Made by a program: the position numbers and the translations under genes. Positions 50,090-63,800 of a DNA stretch of 64,000 bases are shown one piece after another (positions within the stretch are counted from its first letter, which is position 1; each line of letters starts with the position of its first letter). The notes beneath the pieces are model-generated. The model saw only the letters and a list, made by a program, of their open reading frames with translations, searched no databases and was not told the origin of the DNA. The DNA is from Oikopleura dioica (taxonomy: Eukaryota > Animalia > Chordata): contig OU015566.1 of the NCBI GenBank assembly GCA_907165135.1, positions 9,672,001-9,736,000 of the forward strand, in the 5' to 3' direction.

Positions 50090-50313
50090 GCTCGGCAACC
50101 TGAGTAGAAAACCTGACTCAGGATTCTAAAAGAGTAAAATGAAAAGCCGCGTAGCGGCTTTTTAAAAATTGAAGCCGCAAAGCGGCTTCGCTAGTTAAAA
50201 TAATTCATTGAGTTGGTAACTTTGGCGAACCCGCTTTGCGGCTTCGTTTTTTAAAAAAGCCGCTACGCGGCTTTTTATTTACTTTTTAAGAACCCTGACT
50301 CAGGTCGCCGAGC
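50090..50313. repeat. Foldback element with internal AAGCCGC-Nn-GCGGCTT hairpins
   Basis: ~100-bp inverted arms beginning GCTCGGC(A/G)ACCTGAGT, each carrying two short palindromes. No clear TSD. Confidence 0.8.
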
Positions 50314-53300
50314 CCAGTTAGGAGCTACCAAATGTATTCTTGGCAAATTGTGGATGAAATTCTGCGGAATGCGAATAAATGCAAACGGCCCTTGAAAAAT
50401 ATCTAGGCCACTCTTAACGAAAAGCATTCTAAAAGCTGTGTTCCAGTGGAACCCAACTAATTGCCATTCAAAATTCATCAGTCCCCAGCAGGTGCGAACA
50501 GAAAAATTGTTTGCTTTCTGAAGTGAGCTGCTTGTATAATTCGTTGTGCGACTTGCGTTACTGTGTTTTCTCTTCTTCCGGATCATCCTGAGGATTTGTC
50601 TAACTCGCACAGATCACGTTATGGTGCCTCGCGCCGCTAGTTATTATATCCGCCCGTTGGATTGAGCAAATCTGAGTTTGGTGAGAAAACGAAAAGAAAG
50701 CGAAATTCAGCTCTTTGACCAACCGGGCATCGGCGCCTTTTACAGATAAAAAAAATGCGATAAGATCAGCTTCACCCTTATAAAATAAAAGGGTAAGAAG
50801 ACCAATAAAATTCTAGGTCGCTTTTTGACCTGTATTGCTGTCAAAACAGAAGAAAATAAGATCCCAAAACAGCAAAAGTTTTCCTTGTTTCAAGAGGTGA
50901 AACCGGAAACAGACGGGGAGGTTGGTTCCTTGTTCTACATGAGTCGATCTTGTAAGTTCATCAAAAGATGCGGCCTATTTCGAGCACAAACAGAGAGAAA
51001 GAGAGAAGAGTACAAGTTTTTCAAAAGGGTCGAGCTTTTCTTGGAAGATACTGGCCAAAATGAGAAGCTTTATCCCATTTTCGTTTTACTAAAAATAATT
51101 GAACATATTTACATGCTCCTCAAAACAGACTAACTCAATCATCGTCACCATGTCAATATGGAAAACATGATCAGATCAAAACTCAAATCAGCCAAATCCA
51201 AGTGACTTGTCAAAATTATCCAAAACTTTGATACTTTCAAGCGACATCGAAAAATTACTTGATGAGAGCAGCGAAAAAGGGCTGAGTCGCTAAAGTTCGC
51301 AAAGCACTTTGCTCAAGAAAAGCGAACATTTCACAAGGATTCGCGATCTCGATTTAGAGCGAATTCAACACCAAATTCGTGAACGAGCGCATTTCTTTAC
51401 TGGAGAACCGCGAATTCTTTGGGAATTGCCCTAGAAAGCAGTGATTTCGAACGAATCATTTTGAAAGTAAAAGCATCCGGAATGAGGCTTAGAAATGTCT
51501 GGACACCGAAAAAAACTGTCCGGCAATTAGGCGGCCTTTCTTTTGAAGGCGAAAATTTATGTCACGTGGCAGATAGCCATTTTATTTTTACGACTGAGCC
51601 TTTCTAATCTTAAACATGCTAATTATCCATTTTTGAAGAATTTTTTTTTCACCTCGCGTTAAAAATTTCAATGCCTGATTTCAAAATAGGATTAGTGATA
51701 ACAACTCTACTGTTAGAAGAAAACGGTTTATTTTGTGATTTTGAGGGAATTTTCGCGAGAAAATCACTTGTCTAAAATATGATGATAATCAAATCAAATC
51801 TAAAGAATCAGGTCTTTGTAACAAACAACGGTAAGCCGAAGTTTTGCATAATTACGGTGATGATTTGATAAAGGATAAATATGTTTGAACCATCAACATT
51901 AACGGTACACACTTCCATATAGAGAAAGAGGGATACTTATTTGTGTCAATCATAGCCGAAAAACACGGAAGAAAGCAAATCTATTTAGGTTACTTTCTGG
52001 CAGTCTCCTTTCTTTCTGGAGTTCTGGTGCAAAAACTCTGGGTCAAAAAATAATGGCGTAATACCTACATGATGGCAGCTGTGTTTTTGGACATTGTAAG
52101 ACGGCGTTTAGATGCCCCTTAACCCAAAGCCGCTACGTAAGCTGGTATATTAAATCATGGGTGTGCGCCGATAAGGCCTTTTCTGCAGAATTGATCCAAT
52201 AAAAGACCTGACGTGGCTTTATTTCAACCCTTCAATTAAAAAGAAAGAAGCGATTCTACGTGAGGATTTAAAAATACAGGTGTCTCCTATACTCCTGTAC
52301 ATTCGGTATTATCTCCGTTTCATTATCACTGGCCCGGATTTACTGTCAGCTTCAATGAGCGTTTACGGCTGTCAGAGACAGCGTACGTCAGCCACACGCC
52401 GCCAAAGCGCACAAGACGACATCGCTATTAAAATTTACGAGATAAATTTAACTGCACGGAGGTACAGTCTTATCAATACTGTATAAACGCTTGTAAATCG
52501 GGATCGGATTCTTCTTGAATTGGAATTTTTCCACGTAAAATTATAAAGCGGCCTTCGTCTTTTTAGAAAATTTCTGCAACTCAGCTTGCCTGCCTGGGTG
52601 GAGACCCTGAGTCAGGATTTTTAAAGAACTTTCAAAAAAACGTTGCAGAAAAAAAGTACTTAGAGCGAGGCGCTTCCTTTGCGTCATGAATTATTCCGGA
52701 TATTTGAATTTCGGAAATTCCAAACTTTGGAAGAAAATTCTCAAATCAATCGAATTTTAATGGGCGGCGAATTCGGGGTACTCGTGCCTTTGTTGCTCAG
52801 TCGGCGGGGCGGAAGTCGGGCGAGTCCTCGAGCACTTCCCTGAGGGTCGTTTATCGCCCTAAGCGGATGTCCATCGACCCGGGACAAACACACAAATCAC
52901 CGTTCTTATCGTAAGACTTTCCGGGAACTCCCTTGCCAGAGAAAATTTTCGAAGGCGAATTTTCTAGAGTTATAATTTTAAAAAGATATAGCAAGCCATA
53001 ATGCTCGCAACATCAGAATAAAACTGAGTTTTTATTTCTTCTATCATTTGAATTTAATCGCTAATCTGTAACTCCTTCCAGAATACACCATTTCTTCTAC
53101 GTACTTAACCATAACTAGAATTTCAAGAAAAACAAATCTGTAACTTCCGAAAAACAAGCGCAGCTGCTGAAGCAATCCAATTTGGCGCCGATAGTAAGTT
53201 CGTTTCAGGCACTAATTGCCCTCCGAAACACTTGAAATGCTCAAAAATTGAAGACTTTCTCCTTCTTTTCTTGCGTAAAAGATTAACGGCTGCTGCCAAC

Positions 53301-56300
53301 TTCTGCATTATTCGCAACAAAAGACGCTGTTTGTGCTCGAGCGTTTCCTTACTGTTTTGGCTTTTGGATCGATGTCTGAAATTTTCTTTCTAAAAAAAGA
53401 GTGGATCAAAATAAATAGCTGTAAATTTTTCATCCCTCTACACGTCCAGTCCGTGTCAAAACGCCTGTTCTGATGAATAAATATCAATCTCCTGGACTCG
53501 ACCCAAAATTGTTCTCAACTAAGCACGTGAACTTTGTTATCGGCAAAATATTATTATTTTAATAAATTATTGGAAGAAGCGATGAATTTGATCTTTTTCT
53601 GCCAATTTTGATTGTTATCGATAACAAGAATATGAATTTGATATGAAAAGTATGAGACTCGAAACTGGTCTTTGGCTAAATTATACATTCATCCAGGAAC
53701 AGATGGCGAACCCCATTAATTAGCCTGTAATCAGGGTCGGCCGGGGGAATTATAAATCAGCGCCACTGCACAAAGCATGAATTAAAATAAAAATTAAAAA
53801 CAACAATCCTTGCGCTCAACAAAAATGGGTTTTGGAAAGACTCCAAATCTATTTAAAAATATTAAGCGTTTTTATGTGTAACTTCTAAAATGGTCGATTA
53901 ACTTTGAATGGTCGATCTTAGAAACCACAATAAGTGATAGCAGGCTTTAATGAAGACTGAGACTTTTTGCATGGGCAAAATTTTGGAGCAAAGTTCTAAG
54001 CGGACGATAAAAACGTGGTTACTCGTCTGATAATTGAATTGTGAGTAAGCGTTGTCTAAAGTAGTGATAAGCACCTGGCAACTGAGCTTCCACCGCCACA
54101 GCCAAGCACCACCAACGCCGCAACACCAAGTCAGTCGGCGTTCGATAGTGGAAGTCAGCTGGGAGCAGTGGTTGGATAGGCGGAGCTGGTGAATAATTTC
54201 CATTATAGAAATTTTATAATCTCGTGTTTTGAGACATCGGTTTTCATAGAAATCGACTGGTATAGCCAGCTAGCATAGCAGATTACAAAGATGAAAAGCG
54301 TTTATTATAATCTCCACTGTAATGGGTTTTTTTAAAAAAACAAATTCATTCAGAAAATGTTCGTATTACAGTTTTTAGTATTAGATTTTCCTTCGAATAG
54401 TAATCAAGTTTTACAAAAGAAAAATGCGATGATAATAACCCTTGATTATTTTGGTCAATCTTTTTACTTTATTTTGAGGAAGCGAAAAAAGTAATTTCGC
54501 GAAAAGACACTTCTTGAAGTAGATCCTTGTTATTAGCAATAATTCGAAATTGACCAAAGTGATGTTCATCCCTTGACAAGGCAAAATGAGTTCAAAAATG
54601 CGAAAAGATATTCGACGTAATAATCTCTTCGCCAGTCCAGGGAGTCGATCTTCGCGGCGTGAGGTCTCCTTATAATCACCAGATTTGGTATGCTAAACCC
54701 GACGATAATCCGAGACTTTGCAATTCTCAGCTGTAGACATCAATTTTCATTTTAGGTGTGTGAATTTTGGGTACTTTTGGTGGTGAATCAAGCCGGTATT
54801 TTTGGAATTTTAAATGCGAATCGACTTCTTTTTTTTAAGGCGGCTTTTTCGACAGGTCTTATAAAAGAAAACAGGTCGTAGTTGAGAGATTCCTGGCTTG
54901 AGAAAAGCTGAGATCTGCGATTTTGATTAGATTAAGGGCCCCATTGTCTTTATTCATAAAAAAATTGCGTGAAGTGTGAAAAGAAGGGGCTGACAGGTTT
55001 CAGAGGGTCCCCCGCAGAGGAATATAAGCTCGATGGAGTGCTGTCACCTTATCGCGCAGCGGGAGGGATCGTGTCCCCTATGGATATCCAGAACAGCTCC
55101 ATTAGGCCGGAGATGATGCCCCGCCGGACGGAGCAAATTTGGAATCCTCTCAGCAACAGATCGTTATCCAATTGCGAACGCAAACTTTTCTGGTAATTGA
55201 TTCTCCTGATATTCTTATTTTTGCCAGCACGAAACCTGCAAAAAATGAAAATTTTAATGATTTTCGGGGTTTTTCACTAACTATAGTGACTATAGTCACT
55301 AAGTCTATAGATTGTTTAATTTCGAAGGAGTAAAAGATGTTAAGCCGTTGTTAACGACTTTAGAAAAGTAGTATTCCGGAACCCTAAAAGCCCCATTCCG
55401 TGAAAATCCGGCGCGCGGCTCATTATCCTGGAAGTCGGCGTTGGCTTTATTACAGCTAGTATCCGAAATTCATTTACTCTTCGAAAAATTTCCAAATTTT
55501 TAACGGCCCAAAACAATCCAGCGCTCTCCTTATTACGTATTACAGGGAAAATGAGAAGAAGAAAAATTCATCGGCTTTTCTCTTAGTTTATTATGGAACG
55601 ATAAAAATACGCCCCAGGTTTGATTGTATTGATTTGATCTGTGGCCGAGGTCACTCAGGCCTTAAAATATTTAACGCTCAGATACAATAAAAACACGATT
55701 ACACGAGGATCATCCGAACGAGTGGTATAAAGCTCTTCTTCCGGAAAATTCAACCCTTTCGAGAGTCGTGGGAAGCGGATTCTTTTTTCAACAAGTTGGA
55801 TCCTATTTGATTCCTATATTTATTTCCTGGAGGGGGATTTGAACATTGGGAAGTCGTAAAAACCGCGCTGGAAGTTTCAATCAGTTTATGATGACAGATT
55901 GTGGCTTGGAGATTCTCAAGTCTGACTCGACTTTAATGAAAACTTGAACCTAGTAGCCTGAGTAGCAGCTCCTCGTAAAACTCAGAATTTCTGGGTGGCC
56001 CTAAGTCAGGTCAACTTAAATTTTCCCAAATAGTTGGTTCAACTCTTCTTCTACCTGAAAATCAGCGTCGCAAATGGCAAGGCTGCCACGTGATCCATCA
56101 ACGCTTGAAGTGGAATATGCAAACTGGCGACAGGGTCCAACTGGAGCGTTTCAATTTGGCTAGCGTCGCCGTAAAAAACTAAGAGGCTTGATCTTGCCCA
56201 ATGGGCTCGGAAGTCACACTTCTTTCATCCCCTCCTTCCGGCCGCCCCTAATTCCATAACGGTACTCAGATTGAAGTCCAATCCCCGCCCGTAATTGATC

Positions 56301-58945
56301 CTCGACCGTGACAATTTTTATCCAAATACAAAAAAGGGAAAAGAGATCTCTGATTATGAAAAGAAGCCCTTTATTGGAAAAGAAATCCATCAATTTGAAA
56401 GTGGATTTCAAGTTGACATTTTGAAATGCTCGGTGACGCAATTTGAACTTCACTGACATATTTTGAATAACCCTTGAAATATGGCCATATGGTGGGGGCA
56501 GAAGGAGCACGAATAATACTGCAAGATTCTTACTGTTGCTGTCGTACAGATGGGTATCAAAAAAGAGCCCTTTGATAATGGATACACATAAGAAAATGAA
56601 GCACAAAAACAAGTTTTATGCGGAAAAATACAAGTACTATGAGCCGAAATTTAATTCATGCGTTCACGTCGACCATTTTCTTGGTAAAAAGAATAGAATC
56701 AATATTGAAAAAGAGGACCTGATTTTTAACCCTTCGATTTCCACGAAAATTTCCCGTCTTCGACGCTCCGATGACCCAAATCTCGGGCCCTCGAGGAGGA
56801 CGAGCGGCGACGTAAACAGTTTGTTTAAAACAAAGTTGTAAACAAAATCAGCCTTCGTGCAAGTGCCAGAAAAGCATGGGAAAATCGAATAAATCCGACG
56901 GTTGGATAAGTTGGCGGCGCTTTTTATAACACTGAGAAACAGACGGATATATCGAGCACAAAAGGGGGCGACTTGCCACTTTCTCATCCACTTACTGCCA
57001 ATAGCTAGAATTGCTTATCAAAGTCGAAATCTCAATCGACTCTAACACCAAAGCCACGAAAGCTAACTTTCCAAGAAAATCAAAAGAGCGCCCGTTTCCG
57101 CCTTGGAAAAAGCTGAATGGAAGGGGGACAATGATCTCGTGGTAGTAACGGATTTCGAGGAGTTTATTGTACTCTCTGTTGGATTTTCGGCTTTCCTGAA
57201 TGACACTTGACGATTATGAGTACAATTGCGTTTAATTGGATTAGTTGGCTGATTTGGACTGATAAAGAAACCTCCATCAAGCCTGTCTTTTTTGAAAGAG
57301 AAGCACTAAATAAGCTTTTTTGGCAGGAATCGGCTTTGAAGTCTATTTTCTGCAGCAGATGAGCTCCTTTGTTGCAAGCAATAAGTCTTTGACGTTTTGA
57401 AAGGCTCATCCCGTGTGTATCTAACTAAGTATTCAAACTCCGCATATGCCGAGTGACCGTATTTCAGCATAAATTTGAATACAATGCCGGTATTAGTCTT
57501 GAAAACAGCTGCTTTTTAGATGAGGCGGGTCTTATTTTGTGAATAATTTAGCAAGTTTAATGATACTTTTTCGTCATTATAAAAAGGAAAAGCTGAATAT
57601 TAAGGCCTTTTCAAGCTTGCTCTTGATTATATTTTGTGAGAATAAATTTATGAAAAAAAATGCTTCAAATTTGATTCCGAGTTTTTGTGTCCTTCTGAGG
57701 TCATGTGCAGCGTGATGGAATCGCGTGCCACGAATGGCTGACGGTTCAAGTGCTGCCAAAAATGTCCGGCTCCAAGGGACAGGAATGTCCGCCGAAGCCT
57801 AAACCCTAAATAAACCTGAGCAAGTGCTCTGCGCAAAAAATGTAAACACACATAGCGCAATATTTACGGGAGACTATTACGCTTCTCTGGCCCTTTTCTG
57901 TAATAACCAAAGCACTACACTTCAGACTCGGGTCGTAAGACCGGCCTCTAAAAAGAAGTGAAAAACCGTCTTTGAAATTTTTTTATGTAAACAAGATTTT
58001 TTAGATCACAGAAATTCCTTCACTTTTGAGTTGGCCATGAGAAATTTTTCTCAAAATATCTCCTCCCCCTCAATTTACAATTTTCGCAAACTTTCGTACT
58101 TTGAAATTTCCATCGGTTGTTGTTTTATCATCTCAGGTGATTCTGTTTTGTTTGTTGAAATTTTCGATAATCAAAAAGTTTTCGCCGTTTTCATTTTTTT
58201 TTTCATCTTTTCTCACCTACTAAAATTTTGGCCGATAAGGCACTCGTTTGAAGAGAGCGGCTCGAGTTTTTATCGATCCCCTATAATTGACATTTCAAGG
58301 GGCCCTTGAAAAAAATATTTCTAAAAGCTTTTTGATTTTGTCCGTTATGTGTATTCAAAGAATTCAATACAGCAGCTCGTGTATCTATCCAGTAGGTGCG
58401 AAGTTGAAGCTGGAGTGGTATTAACCCACTTGCGCGTCGGGGGCTTATTTGGCCTTCTGCTTATTCGATGTTTACCTTTCCCAGTGATTTGAGTCTTTTA
58501 CAGTCATTCTTGCAATTTGCAAATTTGCGGGGGAATCACCCTTTTGAGTCCGCTGAATAAAAAGGAGAAAATTAAAATTGCAGAAAAGGGAATTTTAAAT
58601 GACCCAATCTTTTCCCTTGCCAAGTTCAAAATGACGAAATTATCCTCTTTGGATTGCTTAACCTGTCAAATGACGTACTTTGTTAACGAAAAAACGTGTG
58701 CCAGCGACAGCTCTCGTAACCGCCACAACAGGTCGTTTGCGGGTTAACCCGCAATCGGTACCTGATCAGAACAAAAAAAAGTGCCGCTCTCTTCTGATAG
58801 AGCGAAATTTTTTGCGGATTGAATTTCGCGCGGAATTTCGCGAGAATCTATGTTTTACATGGGAAGTTTTCTCTGATTCTAGGGTAGAGAATTCTTTAAA
58901 CTCAAAGTCAAGCCACGTGAGATCAGATGTCCTCGATAAAATATA

Positions 58946-59071
58946 AATAACGGCTGAAATCGAGGAGCCGCTTGCGGCTTCGAGTCAAAGAAAACTTAAG
59001 CCGCGAAAGGCGCGGCTTTTCTGTCCTCCCAGCTCAAAGCCGCAAGCGGCTTTTTGATTTCAGCCGCTATT
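58946..59071. repeat. Second foldback with three AAGCCGC/GCGGCTT-type hairpins
   Basis: AATAACGGCTGAAATC (58946-58961) pairs with 59056-59071 (15/16). The adjacent 59090-59130 resembles the left end of the 50090 element. Confidence 0.75.
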
Positions 59072-59359
59072 TTTGAGCTTTTCGACCTTGGCTCGGCAAC
59101 CTATGTAAAAAACCTGAGTCAGTGTCTGAAAGATTTTCAATAAAAAGTCATTTACTACTGATTTTTCTTCACAGGTAGCTAAGCCCAGCTCTCGACTACC
59201 TTAGGAATTCTCTTTTCTATTGAAAAAGGACACGGTGTTTTCCTTTTGAAAAAATAACTCAGCGGAAGTCCTCCAAATCCCGTCTCAAATTAGCCGATTT
59301 CAATCAAAGCCGGTTTACTTTTTTTGAACGAGAAAAATGCAAATGCTCGTGGCTAGGCT

Positions 59360-60073
59360 CAGAGTTTGAAATTTTCGTGACTCGCGAGCGGCTCACTTGA
59401 GAGCGAGCGAGCACGAGCATGATGCTCTTTGTGCTCCCGAGCACATTTATTTCAGAGTTCGCGCTCTTTGCGCTCGCGAGCGCATTTCATTTCGCGCTCT
59501 CGCTCTCTTGGCTCTCGAGCACTGGTCGAATTGTGCTCTCGCTCGATCGGCTCTCGAGCTGAAAAAACTGACTCGCGAGCAGCTTTCAAGGGCCTAAAAT
59601 GATTCGGCGGCCCCGTGACTAATTCCATATGAGTCTCTGTCACAGGAGTTGCACCTCGCGGTGGGCATCTTTAATCTGTTTACTCTCGGCTTTTCGCATT
59701 CTGCTGCCGAGATTACGGCCCTAATGAAGCTTACATAAAACCGAAAACACCAAAAATAGATCCTCAAAGAAATTTATTTATGAAAGTGAATAATTATGCA
59801 AAAAATTACTCTATTAATTTTGCTCGCGAGCCGCTCGTGAGTCAATTCCATGGCGAGCACGAGAGCAGCCGCTCCCGCTCGTCTAGCTCCCGAGCATTCT
59901 GACATATGCGCTCGTGCTCTCTGCGCTCGCGAGCGGGTTCAAATTTGTGCTCGTGCTCTTTTGGCTCTCGAGCCAACTCATTTTCATGCTCCCGCTCCCC
60001 TGCTCTCAGAGCAATGATAAATTTTGCTCTCGCTCTTTTCGCTCGCGAGCATTTGCGAGCATTTCAAACTCTG
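59360..60073. mobile_element. hAT-type MITE (714 bp) with GAGC/GCTC-rich arrays
   Basis: 13-bp perfect TIR CAGAGTTTGAAAT. Perfect 8-bp TSD GCTAGGCT (59352-59359, 60074-60081). Confidence 0.93.
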
Positions 60074-60761
60074 GCTAGGCTCGAGTGTTGTTTCAAACGC
60101 GCTAAAGCTAACTCTGCGGCTTACGATTTTTGACGAATTTAGATTTTTTCGAAAATCCGCGAAAAACCACTTCAGGGGAGATCTGAAGCACAGGCCGTGA
60201 TAAGATAAAGCAAGAGAGTATTTGAGCAGCTCACGTGAGTAGGAGCTGAGTGAGCCTATTTAGACACCAGAAAAGATAGGACGAGTACCGACCGCTCATC
60301 ATAAGGGGCTCCGACGTGAAGCATGCTCTTCAATCGCGCGTTTTAATTTTGCCAAGGAAGTTTTTCGTGCGCCAAAGTAAATACAGCCTTGCTCTGATAA
60401 CGACCTCGATTTTAAATTGCTCGTGAATCGACCTTAGCCATTTCTAATTTTGCGTTTTCATCGATTGATAAAACAAAACAAATCAAAATAGAATAAAAAC
60501 TATAAAAATTAAAAACTGTACTTGGCATTAGTTTGCCAAAACCCTTCTTTTCTGTAACATAATTACGCGTTTTTCCTCAAAGCCCAAGACCTTTCTCCCC
60601 TAACCCCCTAAATCCATTTCCTAAAGAATTCCCGATCCTTCCCTCGTTAGCCCAGGTTTATTACGCCCTCAGATCCTGCCAGGATCCCCGGATCGAGGTA
60701 CACACTTGTCGGTGAAGCAAAATTTGCGCTGGGCGGCGCTGGCTGTCCGCGCGCATTTTAA

Positions 60762-60813
60762 CCCGCTAGCGCCGTCAATTCTCGGCAACGCGCGCTGATG
60801 AGGCGCTAGAGGG
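60762..60813. mobile_element. 52-bp TTAA-flanked mini element (piggyBac-like)
   Basis: TTAA-CCCGCTAGCGCC...GGCGCTAGAGGG-TTAA (12-bp TIR, 1 mismatch). The interior contains CTCGGCAACG, which is also in the TIR of the 13397 element. Confidence 0.5.
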
Positions 60814-63800
60814 TTAAAGCGCGCATCGCCGATCGGCGAAAAAAATCTGCAGCGAAAATCCCCACCAAGCAACACGAAAAAGAAAGAAATACCCCAATTC
60901 GAAAACAGGGGATTACATTTTTTATATCGAGAATTTTTGTAATAAAGAGGAGATAAAAAGAGATTTGTAAAGAAAAAAAGAAAACGAAGAAAAAATGAAA
61001 AATTATTTACAGTTATTACTGTTACTGTTATTCGGTCAGCAGTCGACCGCGAATGAAGGTAAATTATAGTAAAAAATATTAAAATTTTAAAGAGCTTTCA
61101 TTACGGAAATGTTTAAAATGTGCCTGTATCTTTTTTACAGTATGATTTTTCAATAACAATCTGTATAAAAATTTGTAGCTCAAAGAATGCCCTACATTTT
61201 GAGCCATTTATCTTCCGATAATTCATTACAGGGACGTAATTACAGTCATTTGATTATTAAAAATTCCAAGAGTTTTATCCCTCTTCCCTATTTTTCTACC
61301 AGAAATGTGGTTACCGCGGGCTAGGGCTTTTTCCTTCTGCATTATTAATTCTATTTGATGTGTCTTGAGCCACTCATCAAAAAACTGGATCTCTGATAAA
61401 CGAATACTCCCTGGAGAATTTCCTTGTTTTTTCAAAAAAAAAAAATCGGGCTTGGCGCGGCTCCAAAAACGGGCTAAATTCAGCGGTCAAAATTATTTAA
61501 ATTATCTTATTGTCTGCCATGCATAATGCATTATTGCATGAAGCCAGGATAAATACATATGTTCATTTATTATTCAAACAAATAAAGAATTATACAACTC
61601 TAAATTTATTCTCAAGCGATATTTCAGTTTAATTAAAGTTTAAATTGATGAGTAGAAGTGATTGCTACAGTAGCAAATTTTCGAGTTGCAAAGTAGGGCG
61701 ATGGAAATTTCACAAGATCGAAATCGTTCGCGCCAGATCGAGCTTCTGAGTGACCTATCTTCTTGCGCAAACTTCCGTGAAAACAGTTCTATCGCTCTAT
61801 CACCAGCTGACTGTTCAAATTTTTGCCGTGTCAAAAAATCAGAGCGAAATAGAAATAGAATAAAACAAACAAATAATACTTTCGAGACAATATATATTTT
61901 TGATTCATTTTATTTTTTATCATGAAAACTCATTTTGGCGCTAGGACGATTTTGAGCCTTCCGTCGGAAATTGACCAATTCTGAGAAACGAGCCAAGTAT
62001 TTTTATTTCAGCGTGTAAAAATGATTGCCTGATCTTATTTGGAAAGGGACTTCATTTTTACGATTAGGATGTTTCCCGTTATGTCTGGCTCGATTCAATT
62101 GTTATGGATCGAGTGTAATTTCCTCGTCGTAAATTCCTCTGACTCCAGCGCCGTCAAAAGATCGCCTTGATTTACAAATTTCAGAAATTTTGATCGATCA
62201 ACTTTTTCCTTTTTTCAAGAGCTACTTGACCCTGTCGAGGTTGATTTTTGCTCTTCACGAATCGACCAAAACAAACTTTAGTTTGAAATTGAAAATTTTG
62301 GTCGAAACTTTCAACTGAAGGCTTTTTCTATTTTTGGCAAATATTTGGATGCGTCGCAAAGAGAGACGACGGGCGAGAGGTCGGATGAGTGACAGTATCG
62401 GCACAGTATCGCTACTGCCAGGCTGATCCGTCCCCCGGCTCAGCTCCCGCCACGCGCCCGAGGGGGAGAAGTTGAGTGGTTCCAACTTTAGAATTTCAAG
62501 GTCGAAGCCGGGCGTAGAGAATCTACGTCAATGATTGTCTCATCGACGATTTTGTTGATGAAAACACCGATATTGAAAAACAGACCTGTGCTACCTTCCC
62601 TTTTTTTAATCCCGTGGCACTGGGGAAGGCTCAAAAAATCCGTGCTTTAGAAAATTTAGCATATTCAATCCGGGTAATAAGTGTTCGCTAATGAGCCCCC
62701 AGCTGCCATCTGCGCTCCCCCGCGGAGCAAAACACATAAAATATGCCTACCGAACTCGCCTAATCGAAGAACAACTCTACCGAAGCCTAATTCCGGGACT
62801 GAAAAAAATATTCGAATATTCCATGAACCTTCGAATTTTCTGCTCCGTGCAATAAACCAAATTAGGCCGTAGAGAGGCTGAGTTTTCGAATCTTAGCAAA
62901 TTGAATCATTGTGGCTTGGCCCGTCGCTAGAAAAATATTCTCACCACACACGGCACGCGACAGTTTACGGGTAAAATATCAACTTTTCAGACTTTTCATG
63001 GCCTTTTTATTTTGGAGAAAACAAAGAGCTCTGATTCCATAAGAACTCGATTTTCAGAATACTCCAAAATTGGAATTCCAATTTAAATTAAATTTTATTA
63101 CCAAAAAGCCAAAGCAAAGCCGCCCCCGAAAACCGCTTCCTTTTCCAGTTCAAAAGTCGCGCCCGCAATCTTCCTTCCAATAAACGCACTTCTACGGAAG
63201 TGAAATCAAAGTACTTCCTCGCTTCCATTGTCTCCCACGTCGAAATCCATTTCACGCTATTCCAAAAAGTTGGCTCTCCCATGCCCCGCCACGCGGTACT
63301 TTTTGCTTAGATAAGAAAAGCCAATTTCTGTGTCGAAATCGTGACACAAATCGAGATTTCGTGTCAAGTGCTCCATTTTTTCATGAAAACTCATTTTCCA
63401 AATTTCTAGCAAAATGACCTTGTGGTGCCAAAAAATATAAATTAACCCCCGGTGCCACTTTTTAAAATAACCGTGTTGCACCGTACTCGCATCGATACCG
63501 AGGGCCTAGTGATAAGAAACGAGGCGATAAGGAAACCGCGAGTACCCATCTGGCGGGATCCGGTGCCCCGCTTTTGGTATTTTTGCTAATGCGTTTTCTG
63601 GCGCGTATTTTTGGAGCAGAAATGAAATCAACTCCGCCGTGGCCGGCAAAGAATTTACTCGTGCATTTTAAAACCGATCTGTTGTCAGGCTGGTCCCTAG
63701 GATAAGCTTGTTCAATTTTGCAAGCTCCAGGTCATCCTCCTTATCATCTGATTAGCCTCGCCGGATAAGGATCTAAGAGCCACTGATGCAAAAACTAGAA

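Noticed and set aside
58535-58555. Short resemblance to a recalled spliced-leader sequence (TTTTGAGTCCG)
   Set aside because: Only about 11 nt, with no following donor or Sm site; likely chance.
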